Origin: Camelus dromedarius
Lineage: Eukaryota
Direction of reading: 5' to 3'
NCBI RefSeq assembly: GCF_036321535.1
Contig: NC_087436.1
Span: 63,552,001-63,616,000 of the forward strand
Length of the DNA stretch: 64,000 nt
The position numbers were made by a program, and so were the translations under genes. The notes below the pieces were generated by a model. It searched no databases. It was not told the origin of the DNA and saw only the letters and a list, made by a program, of their open reading frames with translations. Positions within the stretch are counted from its first letter, which is position 1; each line of letters begins with the position of its first letter. Positions 26,226 to 38,930 of the stretch are shown in pieces.

Positions 26226-26529
26226 TCATTATCACCTTCATTCTGTTCATTGTCAGAGTTGCAGCAGAGATTATTGAGGGTGGTCAGGATCTTCACTACT
26301 GTTGTTGGTTCTTCTTGAAGAAAGGTTTCATTTGCAGAGCTCTAGTTTTATGGTTCAAATGTCATTCAGCATGACTTCATTATGTTTCTGTCTTTGAGTC
26401 ATTTATCTGAATCCTTTGTATAAACAATGACTGCAGAGAAGAATTTTAGTCTCTAAATAACAATGAACAACCCTGAGAAAAACAAGTATAACTTGATATA
26501 ACTATCAAGTATAATTGATAGTTTCAATC

Positions 26530-29400
26530 ACAGTGTATTATTGTCTGAATGTTGTCATAGATTCTATTTGCTAATGTTTTATTTAGGATTTTTGCATCAG
26601 TATTCCTAAGACTGGTGTGTAGTTTTCCTCTGGGGGACTCCATTCTTCAGGTTTAAGTATCAGTTTTATGTATACTAGAACAATTGATGTAACAATGCAA
26701 TATGCTGATCTTTTAAGTGTTGCTAATGATACTCAATAAATGATCCGAACTTGATACATTTTTATGGGGTATATTTTAAATAATTTTCTTTATTTCCCCC
26801 ATGGAATTTTTGTTTAATTTTTTTCATTTAACTGTCATTAAATTTGATTCATGTATTTTCATGAAATGAAGTATCCATTTCATCTAGATTTTCATTTTTT
26901 TAATTGATGCAAAGCATCAAAATTTCTCAATTTCCTTTTATGTTTAGTTTTCCTTTATAAATTTGAATATTTGTTTTCCTAATTCCCTTTGTTTATATTA
27001 TTAAATTTTAAATAAACACTTTGATTAACTATCATTTTTATTTTTTCTGCCTTATTCATTTTTAATCTTAAATTTTCCTATCTTGCCCTTCCTTTTGATT
27101 TACTTTGTGCCTTTTCCATTTTATTGAGTCAGTAATTAGTTCATACCTTCATTCTTTCATTTTCATTGATAGAATATTTAAAGCATTATTTTTTCTTCTG
27201 TCCACTGCTTTAAATGCATACTGTTGGTATGAAATTTTTATGTTATTATAGTTCACAACTTCTACAATTTTGGTTTCAACTTCTTCTTTCATCCAGAAGT
27301 TTTTTAATAGAAAGCTTTCAAATTTCCAGGTGCAAAATCCTTTTTGAATTCCTATTTTATGTATTTCCAGACTTATTACCTTTTAATCAGAGCGTTTGTA
27401 ACTTTTCTGTAATATGGAACTTAATAGTGTTTTAAAATGTAATTTATAGGCAATTTTTTATTAATGTTTCATGTATGCTTGAATGGAAGATATATTCTCT
27501 CTTAGAGGGTATAATATTGGAGACATTACCTTAAAATCTGCTTTAAGGATTATGCTGTTAATGATTTTATATCCTTATTGTTTGGTTCACATGACCTCTT
27601 TTTAACTGTGAGTGGCTTGGTTTGCTATTAGTGTGTTTCTGTATACTTCTTCCTGAATCTCCTTTAGTTTCTGTTTATGAAGATTACCACCATGTTATTT
27701 TGGGGAGAGATATTCAACATTCTAATACTTCGTTGTGAATTGGAGTTTTCAGAATCTCAAATTATCTTATTTGATATATTTAATCATTTTTTAGCCAGAA
27801 TTCCCTTGTCTGATATCTAGAATATAACCTCTATTTTTCTTGATGTTTAAACATTCTTCCCATATATCATTGCAATTATATTTCTAGGCTTCATGAGTCC
27901 TTTTGTTTTAGCTGTCTCTTGCACATAGCTGAATTTTGTTTTTGTGTCAGTTTAAAAATCCTTTGAATAAGTGAGTTAAATCTATTTACATTTAATTATA
28001 TGATTTATGTATTTTGTTCTAACTCAGCTATTTTATTTTGTTATATTTATTGCATGTGTATATGTATTCCTTTTTTATATAGTTTAATTCCTTAGCTTTC
28101 TTTTTAATCCCTTTTGATGTGAAGACTGACTTTATTATTTTATACTGTTTATTTTACAAAGTTTTGTTTTCTTTTGTTGGTTTTCAAGCATCTCCTCTAT
28201 ACCACTTTAAAGTGAGCATAGTCCCCCTTCAGTGGCTTGTAACTTAGTCTTCATTTTTAACATGTTGTGGTATTTTTGTTCAATATTTTTTTTTCCTGAG
28301 TGGTTAATTGTTTCACATCCTTCTGGTTTTTATGTATTTCTGTCCTCAGTTTTTGAATTCCTAATTCAAGATACTCTTTATATCTGAAAATCATTGTTTA
28401 GGATATTTTATTCAGGTTTTAATATTGTGACATACTTTTCTTCAGTCTTGCCTTGTGATTGGTGGAATAATTTTCATACTTTGAAACATTTTTATTCTCG
28501 TTCTTTTTTTCTTTCTTAAGCCTTATATAAGAGTTATTTTTCATTTTCTGTTTATTTCCTAATTTTATTTCCCCCTGGACCAGCTATAATAGTTGTGCAC
28601 AATCATAGGGGAAAAAATATGGGGTCTAACTAGGTTTTTAAGTTCTAGATTGCTCTCTCTTTGGCGTAGGAAAGTGTAGTTTCTTTTAGTTACAGTGCTA
28701 TTTTATTTGATGGGGGAGAACACATTAAACAGTGGCCTCCAACTATGTAACTATGTGTGTGTTATAATTCTGAGAATCTGTTTAAGTGTTACTTTATGTG
28801 GCAGAAGAGACTTTTGTGATTAAATTAAGGACCTTAAGATGGGGAGATTATCCTAGATATAAGGATAGACCCAATGGTTCGTATAAGAGGGACAGAGACA
28901 GAACCAGAGACAGAAAGAAATGTGATAATGGAAGCACATTTCTGAGTGATGCACTTTGAAGATGGAGGGGTCACAAGCCAAGGCCACAGGCAACATCAGA
29001 AGCTTTAAAAGGCAAGAAACAGACTCTCCTTAAGAATGTCCGGAAGAAATCAGTCCTGTGTTCTACAGAAGTGGTGCCTCCCCAGTACTGTTCCCTTGGG
29101 CCCTGCAACCTTTCAACTTTCTTCCTTTTGATTTCTCAATGGCTATTATTCTGATCTATTAGACATCAGATTTGTTCTCAGTATTTACCACTCAGTGTGG
29201 GTTCTGTCTTTCTGAGAGTTACTGTACCGGTGACCCATCACACCTACGTGTGGGATCTGGAGTTGTTTCTCGTGGATCGGGTGTTCACTTTTCATGTGTA
29301 TAGGTAATTTGAAGTTCAGAGTGTTCTCCATCTTGTAGTCATGCTAAAGGTATGAATTATGGTTTTCTTGGTAGATGTGGGTAGAGAGATTTTAATTTAG
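26530..29400 (-). mobile_element. Old decayed L1M(E-like) fragments
   Basis: gattctatttgctaatgttttatttaggatttttgcatc, ttcatgtatgcttgaatggaagatatattctc, ataagtgagttaaatctatttacattta. Confidence 0.65.
28775..29060 (+). mobile_element. MLT1D-like LTR fragment nested in old L1
   Basis: gttactttatgtggc…attaaattaaggaccttaagatggggagattatcctagat…tttgaagatggagg…aaaaggcaagaaacagactctcc. Confidence 0.85.
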
Positions 29401-29514
29401 ATTACTACCATTATTCAGTGATAAACCAGGAATCTAGGCAGTGTCCACTGCCTCCTTGATACATGAGTGAAGAGGATTTTGCTGTCTTCAACATTTTCTA
29501 CCATTAAATGAGGA

Positions 29515-29551
29515 TTATATATATATGTGTGTGTGTGTGTATGTGTGTATG
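29515..29551. repeat. Compound (TA)n(TG)n microsatellite
   Basis: tatatatatatgtgtgtgtgtgtgtatgtgtgtatg. Confidence 0.85.
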
Positions 29552-32500
29552 TTATTGTTTTTCTATTGATTATTCTATAGTTATAAATTATATTCTTTAA
29601 ACCTCTACAATATATGAAAAGTTATTTTTTCTTTGCTCTTTGTCAGATAAGGTTATTAGTAAGCAACACTACTTTTTTCTTCCTTTTCCCTGCCCACATT
29701 CTCTCAGCTATGTATCTAATGTCACTTTTACGTTTTCATGGTAATAATCATACTTTTTCTTAAGTTTGCTCTAAAATTTAGCTCCCAGTAATTTGCTGAT
29801 ATTATTATGATCTTATGAATCTTACTCAATATCAAGTTGTGAGTTAGAATTTTATTTTTTCTTTATCCTTTAGAAAAAAATAAGCCTGGCCCTCTAAAAG
29901 GACATTGTACCTAGATCAAGGCCTACTAGAAACCTTTGTTATTCTCTTTAAGTGATGCCACATTTCAGAAACTGGTAATTCTTCTACATAGTTTTTCTAA
30001 ATCCTTTTCCTTATTATCATATCCTCATCTTTCCTTCAGCTCTTAGATCCTGTTTTCCCCTGTGTTATGCATGGTTCTTACTGCTTTGAGTACAATAATC
30101 TAATTTTTTACTATAATTTTATTATCCCAATTGCACAGAGAAACAAACTGGGGTACAGAACTGTTGATAAATGTAACATAGGCTACAGAGGTGATGACCT
30201 TAAGTGAACCCTGCTATCCTGACTCTAATTTACATAATCATACATCTATTCATTTCAGTCCCCTTTACCTTTTACACGGACTCCCTCCCCAGAAAGCTGC
30301 CTCTTACAGTTCTCCCTCCTGCTCTTCCAAATTATAATGTTCACAGTATGGGCTGGCTGCCATTGCCATCCTGTAATTCTCTTGCCCCCTTTATGGCACT
30401 CCTCTGGATTAGAGCCAGAGCTAATTATTGAACCAGTATTACAGCACACCTGATGGCATCCAAGCTGATTGGTCTGCGCTGAGTTCTTCAAAATGCACAT
30501 AATTTGTTTCCTAGTTTTCCTGGGACATATTCCAAAATAGTTCCCTAAGAAATGGTACGTATCAGGTGAAAGTACTAAGTCCACAATGTTTTGAGAGTAT
30601 CTTTATGATATCCTAGCAATTAATTGATAGATTATTCAATTATGAGTTATAGGTGAGAATTTCCTTTTCCTTATTATTTTTTAAAGTATTGCTACAGTGC
30701 CAAAGAAATCAGTTTTATGTTGTATTTAGATTTAAATCTGCTAAAACTACCATTTGTTTTTCTTAAATATCCCAAAAGGATATAAACTAGACACAAGAGA
30801 CTGATATTTTTCTACTAACAGAAAAGCCTAAACTCTTTTTATAGACCCAAGTGAGATTAACACAGTTCATTAACTTATTTTCCTGCAGTGGTCTATACAT
30901 TAATGAACAACAAAATGTTTTGCAATTTCAATAAGACCCCTTTTTTACTTGTCTAATATATTAATAGCAATCTGTTTTTACCACACTCCTGAGGTTACAG
31001 ATTTTAAGTATATTATCTTACCAGCATAATAATAATTTTTTCCAAGGCCAAATACCTTTAAGACAATTAAGGTGAGATCAAAGTATTCAGCTAATAATTT
31101 GTGCTTCCTTTGTCTTTAAACATCTAGTGTCCCCAATGAGAAGATACACCCGTTCCAATGCCAGTTTGTTTTCTTCCAGAAGTTTGTTTAGCTTTATTTA
31201 ATTTAGGTTTTTTTGGTTTGATTTCTCTCTGGAAGCTTTCAGAATCTCTTCTTAATTTTCTGTTGTGAAATTTCATAGTGATATCATTAAATGTAGATAC
31301 GTATTATGTTATTTTGTTGGGCACCAAGTAGGTTTTTAAAAATTGAATATATGCATTCAACTTTGAGAAAATCCTCTTCTATAGTTACCTTCTTGCTACT
31401 TGCAAAGAAAACTGGGTTTTTCTGATAAAGGCCCTCTTGGATTAACCCATCATGTCCTTTATCTTCTCCCATCACCTACTGCTGTGTTTTGGTTTTTTTA
31501 GTCTATGTTTGGGGATATTTCTAAGCCATATTTTTCTTTCTGTTTTGGTTTTTCATCTTGGCAATCTTCTTTTAAATTTGGAAAAAAGGTGTTACCTCCT
31601 TCTTAAATTTATCTTTCTTAAATATCAGTCTGTTCCCATATTTATAAAAATAATTATTCTTGACTTTCTCTGAATTTATTAATTTAACTCTTAAAAATAA
31701 CTATATATATATATATATATTTCAATTTCTTGAACAGCTTCTTCTGGAGTTACTTTTGTTTTTCTATTTGTTTACTGCCATTGTCTTTTATATTATTCAT
31801 TGTTTTTATATGCCTTGGGATCCTTAATTTTTCATTATAAAGGACTGGCCCACTGTTGGATGTATAAGAATCACTTTTTAAAAAATAACCCCTGACTGGA
31901 GTTCTGCATATGTGTTGTGAGGCAGACAAGGCATGCTAACTTGCAGGTCTTACTTTAGAATAATCTTCCTATCAGGCAGAAATTCTCATCCCTTCAAACT
32001 CACACCAAATTGGCTTTGCTATTTTGTGTTCTTTTTCAATATCCGAGTCCCCTAAACTATTTTTCTCCTTGGATGGTTTCCCCTCCTAGTCAATTTTTAT
32101 GTTTTCTCTAGTCTTAGACACAAAAATATACATTAAAAGCTTTACCTGTTTTCAGTTTGCTTTAATATTCTGACAAATAATTCTCTTTTCTGCCTACTTC
32201 CCTATTCTAAACTCCACAGACCTAAGAGCATCTTAGGGGTTCCAATGCCATGCATTTTGCTCCTCTTCCACCACCCGCTTATAGCCATTTCTTTTCTGCA
32301 TCAATCTCAAACATTCCCTATATTTTTCTTCCTAGAGAAATTTGTTGAAATGTTTCATTCACTATTGAATAGCCTACCAACTTTCCCTTCTCTGCAGAAA
32401 TTGAATCATTTTAATAAATGTAACTTTTTTATTTTAGTAGAATTAGAGGAAAAACTGAAGCTAAGTATATGTGCCTAGATTGCCATTTTGAACATGCCTT

Positions 32501-34184
32501 TTGAAACTGTATGACTAGAAGTTATTGATTGATTTCATAGGACCTCAAAAAGATGCAAAATAAAAATATAAGTATTTGGGGAAACATTTAGTTAACCTAT
32601 ATGCAGTAGGGAAATACTCAAATTCCTTCCCAGTAAGAAGATCTATATGGCCTTAGCTCTGATCATGATGCAGTCATTCCAGAGATCCCACAGCATGGCA
32701 GAAGTCTGCCTTGAAGCAGTACCACCTGTTAAAATCCTAAACACCTTTCTACCTAGCTTGCAGTATTGAGATTCAGATTCTTTGTCACTCCCAAGGTGGC
32801 ACTGCAAGATTCTAACAGGTAGATGCTGACTTAGCCACTATCCCAAATCACCATCATTCTCCCCCAAGTCACAAAACAAATTTTATACCCATACACACAC
32901 ACACACACATATATGTTAAAAATGCAAACAGCTTAAAAACAAATCTCTTATTTCCAAATGTCTCCTTTTCCATCCACTGGGAAATACATCTGCTGCTTCT
33001 CTAGCATTAACATGATTGCCCCTTTTACTTCTAATTTCCTATCCCCCTTCCCAAACAGCTGTATTATACCCAAAAAGAAAACTTATTCACATCACAGTCT
33101 TAATTTGAAGTTTTATGTTTTTAAATAGGTATACAAAGGTACATTTAGTGCACTAGAATTTTGCAGAGGAGGAATTATTGGTCAGGTTGATACTAAAATG
33201 AATAGAAATGGTTAGCTATCTCGTTTCAGAGGGGAATTCCTGTTAGAATGCACTGCTAAAACAAAGTTCTTTACTGTAAGAGAAAAATAATGGCCTGTTT
33301 CTTGTGCCTTCTGAAGACCTGAAAATGATAAACCACGTAATTCTTAAAAGTGAAAGGTTACTCCATCTGCATTGAGTACAAGATTGTAATGATGTTATTG
33401 TTTAAGTGCTTGTCAACAATGGAAATGTTGTGGAGGAAAATTACTCTGGGTTAATTTTCTGAGAGTATTCATTAGTGTTCTTGTAGTTTATTTCTCTATC
33501 TATATGAGTACTATACTTGGGTACTGTTGACAAATCCATGGAAAGATGATGTTCTTGTTTTCAGTATGATGGAATAAAATTCTTTATTCATTATAAAAAT
33601 GTGTATGCCAACAACTGTAATGTTTAAACTATTAGAACACTGCAAGATGCATACATTAAAACTAAATATTATACAGTATCTTTCCTGGAATACTTGTACT
33701 TTTCTGAAATAGTGCTTCATTATAAAAAGTATCCATTTCAAAGTAAAAAAAAAAATTGTTTAGACTATCACTAAAATATAAGTGCTGTGTCAGAAATGTA
33801 TTGCATCACAAAAGTGCATTATTTTATCTTTAAACAAGCAAAAAAAAAAAACCTAGAAATCATTCACATATTTTAGCAGTAAGTAGTATGTATGCATTTA
33901 CCAAATATTAAACAACATTCATATCACAATCCTGTGATATGAATGATATCACAAAGATATGGCTTTTTGAATAGAATATTCTAATAAATGGATCACTTAA
34001 TTTGTCAAAATATTTGCATCTGAATTATAAATTTTGAAATATACTATTTCCTAAATAAAAAATATTGATTTCAACTTTGAAAATTTTGTCCACCAATCTG
34101 TTCAAAGGGATACTCCCTCTGAGCAACTTTTTTTTTCATATTTTGAGATAAAACACCTTTATCTAGAAAATTATGCTAGTATTA

Positions 34185-37100
34185 TTTAGCTATTGAGATT
34201 CTTCTGTGGTTCCATACAAATTTTAGGATTGTTTGTTCTTTTTGTGAAAAATCCCATTGGAACTTTGGTAAGCATTGCGTTGACTCTGTATATTGCTAAG
34301 AGCAATATGGGCATTTTAACTATCAATTTCCAATCCATGAGCACTGAATATGTTTCCATTTATTAGTGTCTTCTTCAATTTTTCATCAGTGTCTTATGGT
34401 TTAGGGTACAGGGTTTTTTTTGTTTTTTTTTTTTACCTCCTTGATTAAATTTATTCCTAGGTATTTTTTGTATGCAATTGTCAATGGAAATGCTTTATTA
34501 ATTGTTCTTTCTGATAGTTTATTATTAGTGTATGGAAACAAAAGTTATTTATGGAAAATGACTTTGATCCTGCAACTTCACTGAATTTGTTTATTAATTT
34601 TAAAAGATTTAGGGATTTCTATGTGTATCATGGAATCTGTAAATAGTGAACAGTTTTACCTCTCCTTTTCCAATTTAGGTAACTTTATTTCTTTCTCTTG
34701 CCTAATTGCTCTGGCTAGGACTTCCAAATGTATGTTGAATAAAAGTGGCAAGAGTGAATATCCTTGTGTTGTTCATTATCTTAGAGGAAAAGCTATCACA
34801 TCTTCACCACTGAGTATGATGTTAGCTGTAGGCTTATATATGGCCTTTAATATGTTGAGGTATGTTCCCTCTAAAACCACTTTCTTAAGAGTGATTATCA
34901 TAAATGGTTATTGAATTTTGTCATAATTTTTCTGCATCTATTAAGATATTCATATGATTTTAGCCTTCATTTTGTTAATATGTTGTATCACATTGATTTG
35001 TGGATGTTGAGCCATCTTTTCATCCCTAGAATAAATATCATCTGATCGTGATAATTAGTCTTTATTGTTGAATTTGATTTGGTAATATTTTTTGAGGATT
35101 TTTGGTAAACTTCACCAGTGAAGTCATCTGGTCCAAGACTTTTGTATGTTGGGAGGTTTTTGATTACTGATACAATCTTCTTACTACTAATCAGTCTGTT
35201 GAGATTTTTCACTTCTTTATGATTTAATATTGGTAGGTTTTATGTTTCAAGGAATTTATCCATTTCTTCAAGTTGTCCAGTTTGTTGGTGTATATTTATG
35301 CCATTTTCCTAAGATCCTTTCTATTTTTGTGGTATCAGTTGTAATGTCTCCTCCATCATTTCTCATTTTGAGTCCTCTCCCTCTTTTTTTTGGTGAGCCT
35401 AGCTACAGGTTTGCCTATTTGATTTATCTTTTCAAAAAATCAGTTTTTGGTTTCATTGATAATTTCTATTATCTTTTTGGTCTCTATTTTACCTTTATTT
35501 CTACTCTAATCTTCTAACTTTGGACTTCATTTTGTCTTCTCATTCCATTTCTTTGAGGTATGAAATTAGGTTATTTGTAATCTTTCTTGTTTCTTGATGC
35601 AGGGATTTATTGCTATGAACTTACCTCTTAGAACTGCTTTTGCTGTATCTCATATGTTTTGGTACAATATATTTCCATTTTTAGAGTATTTTTTAATTTC
35701 TTTATTTTTTTGAACTATTGTTGTTCAGGAGATTACAGGAGATTCAACATGTTTAATCTCCACATATTTGTTAATTTTCCCATTTTATTCTTGTAATAGA
35801 TTTCTAGTTTCATACCATTGTGGTCAGAAAAGATACTTGATATAATTTCAGTCTTCTTAAATTTAGTTAAGACTTATTTTGGGGCCTAGCATGTGATCTG
35901 TCCTGGAGAATGTTCCATGTGCACTGAAGAATAATGTATATTCTGTTGCTTTTCAATGGAATGTTCTGTATAAGTCTGTTAAGTCTATCTGGCCTAACAG
36001 ATAATTTAATGCCAATGTTTCCTTAATGATTTTCTGCCTGGATGATCGATCCATTGCTCAAAGTGAGTTGTTAAATTCTCCTTCTAGTATTGTATTGCTT
36101 TCTATTTCTCCCTCCTTTAGGTCTGTTAATATTTGCCCTATATATTTAGGTGTTACTATGTTGAGTGCAGAAGTAATTACAAATGTCATATCCTCTTATT
36201 GGATTGAATCTTTTATCATTATGTAATGAGCTTCTTTACCTCTTACTATAGTCTTTTTCTTAAAGTTTACTTTGGTGTAAGTACTGCTACTTCAGCTTTC
36301 TTTTTATTTTCCATTTGTATGGAATATTATTTTCCATCCCTTAACTTTCAGTCTGTGTGTCTTTAGGTTTGAAGTGAGTCTTTTGATGGTTCTTGTAATT
36401 TTATCCATGAGCCATTCTTTGTCTTTTGATTGAAGCATTTAGTCCATTTACATTTAATTATTAATGGGTGTGGCTTTATCGCCATTTTGTTCACTGTTTT
36501 CCAGTTGTTTTATAATTCCTCTGTTACCTCTTTCCTTTCTTGTTCTCTTTGTGATTTGATGATTTTCTGTAGTGATAGGCCTATGTTCCTTCCTTTTTTC
36601 CTTTATGTATCTAATACAGGTTTTTGCTTTGTGATTACCATGAGGCTTACATAAAACGACTGATTAGTCTATCTTAAGTCAATAACAAGTTAAGTTTGAA
36701 CATATTTTAAAGCTCTACGTTTTTATTCCTCCAGGCCCTCAGGTTTTATGTTTTTAATGTCACAATTTAAATCTTTTTATCTTGTGTATCCATTGGCAAG
36801 TTACTGTAGTTAGTTATTTTTACTACTTTTTTAACTTTCACAGTAGCTTTACAAGTGATTAACCCATAACCTTTACAACATTATTCTAATATTTACTACA
36901 TATGTACCTCTTCCAGTGAGAGTTATACTTTTATATATTTTGATGCTACTAATTAGCACCCTTTTCAGCTTAAAAAAATTCCTTTAACAGTTCTTAAAAG
37001 ACCTGTCTGTAGTAATGAACTTGTTTAGCTTTTGCTTGTCTAGAAAACTTTTTCTCTCCCTTTCAATTCTGACAACTAACTTTGCCAGGTTATTTGTTAT

Positions 37101-38930
37101 ATTCATATATGGAACATTTTTGGTTGGCAGTTTTTTTCTTCCAGCACTTTGAGTACATTGTTCCACTCTTTTTTGGACTACAGTGTTTCTTCTGTAAAAT
37201 CTACTGATCATCCTATGGACGCTCCCTTGTGTATAGCAAGATTTTTTTTCTTTTCTCTCTTGCTGCTTTCAAGATTCTCTCCTTGTCCTTAACATTTGAC
37301 ATTTTAATTATAATGGTCTTGGTGTAGGTCTCTTTGAGCTCATCATGTTTGGAACTCTGGTCTTCCTGAATCTAGATGTCCATTTCTTTCCTAGGTTAGG
37401 GAAGTTTTCAGCCATTATTTCATTAGTTAAGTTTCCTGCCTCTTTCTTTCTTTCTTCTTGGACTCATAAGGCAAATGTTGGTCTGCTTGAAGTTCTTCTA
37501 TAAATCCTTTAAACTATATTAATTTAAATTTTTTTCTTGCTTCTGCTGTGATTGTGAGTTCCACTGCCCTGTCTCTAGTTCACTGGTATTTTCTTCTGCT
37601 TCATCTAGTCTGTTCTTGATCTTCTAAATTGTTGGGGGTTTTTATCATTTCATTTATTGTATTCTTCAGCTCTGTGACTTACCTTTGGTAGTTTCTCACA
37701 TTTTCTCTCTTTGTTGAAATTCTCACTTAATTCATCCATTCTTCTCCTGAGTTAAGTAATCACTTTCATGACCATTATTTTGAACTTTTTATCAAGTAAG
37801 CTATTTATCTCCTTAAGGTTTTTTCTTGAGGTTTTTTTTTTATCTTATTCTTTTGTTTGGGACATATTCCCCTGTTTGTTCATTTTTCTCAGCTCTCTGT
37901 GTTGGTATCTATGCATTAGATAAAACAGCCACCTCTCCCAATCTTGAAGGAGTAGCCTCATGTAGGGGGTAAACCTTATTGTTCAACCCTATTCTGGCTC
38001 TTAGTTGTCTCTCAAACCTTGGTTATTTTCTAACAGCCTTTACTTCTTAATGGCTCCAGTCGTTGAAGATGTGTTAAAATCTATCAGTGTCCCTAAGGGA
38101 ATCCTAAGGAGACCTTTGTTCTGTTGCCACTCTGCTGGGCCCTGAGGTTGGCAGCTTGTTAGGAACTCTTTCTCCATTTGTTTTGTCCTGTGGAACCCAT
38201 GAACATAAATCCTGCTAGCCACCAGAATAAGGTGATCTAGAGATGTCCCCTGAGTGACAGCCACAAAAACTGGGGTTTCCAGACAAAAAGTACAAGCTCC
38301 TTTCTGGGAGAGGAGAGGGAGAGGGAAAAGAAGGTACCAGCTAGCCTTCATCCTTGGGATAGTATTTCAGTATTCTCCTTATGTGTGTTAAATTAGATGC
38401 CAACCCCTCAGGCAGATGCTTTTAGATAAATAGGAATTTTTCAACAAAAGTCTGGGAACCTCTCAATGGGCTGCCTCTGTGCTGGTCCCTAGGGTGGATG
38501 AATCTTTGTCTGTGAGTCATTTAAGAACTATTTCTTAGTTTGCTATAGACTTGTGAGTCTCATGGACAGAAACTCCATTGGCTTTCGAAGCTAGATTATG
38601 TGAGAGAGTCATCTCTCAGGTGCAGGTTGTAAAGCATGGGATTCCAGATGTGGGGTTTAAAACTTCTGTTCTCAGGGAGAAGCCCAGGTTTCTGAGTTCC
38701 CTCCAGATATGATTCATCATGCCAGGGGGTGGATTTCATGGCAAGATTGTTCCTCAGTCTCTCCTGTCTTCTTGGATGTGGGTTTCTTCTCATTCACCTG
38801 AGATAAGGAGTTGCTTAGCTGGTTTGGGGTTTTCTTTCAGAGGAAGTTGTTCTGTATGTAGCTGAAGTTTCAGTGCCCATGGGAGGACGTGAGTTCAGGA
38901 TCCTCCTCCATCACCATCTTGAACCTAACT
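34185..38930 (-). mobile_element. L1 with 5'UTR, ORF1 and 5' two-thirds of ORF2 (decayed); 3' end absent
   Basis: Minus-strand start gggagttaggttcaagatgg…gaggatcctgaactcac. ORF 36984-37211 (…KSFLDKQKLNKFITT, ORF1 C-terminus). ORF 34988-35212 ([38 protein letters not shown]2 Z region). Confidence 0.93.

Noticed and set aside
30510..30570. Plus-strand micro-exon-like tag|TTTTCC…AAATG|gtacgt
   Set aside because: Isolated 40-nt candidate with no supporting partner exons; such motifs arise by chance.
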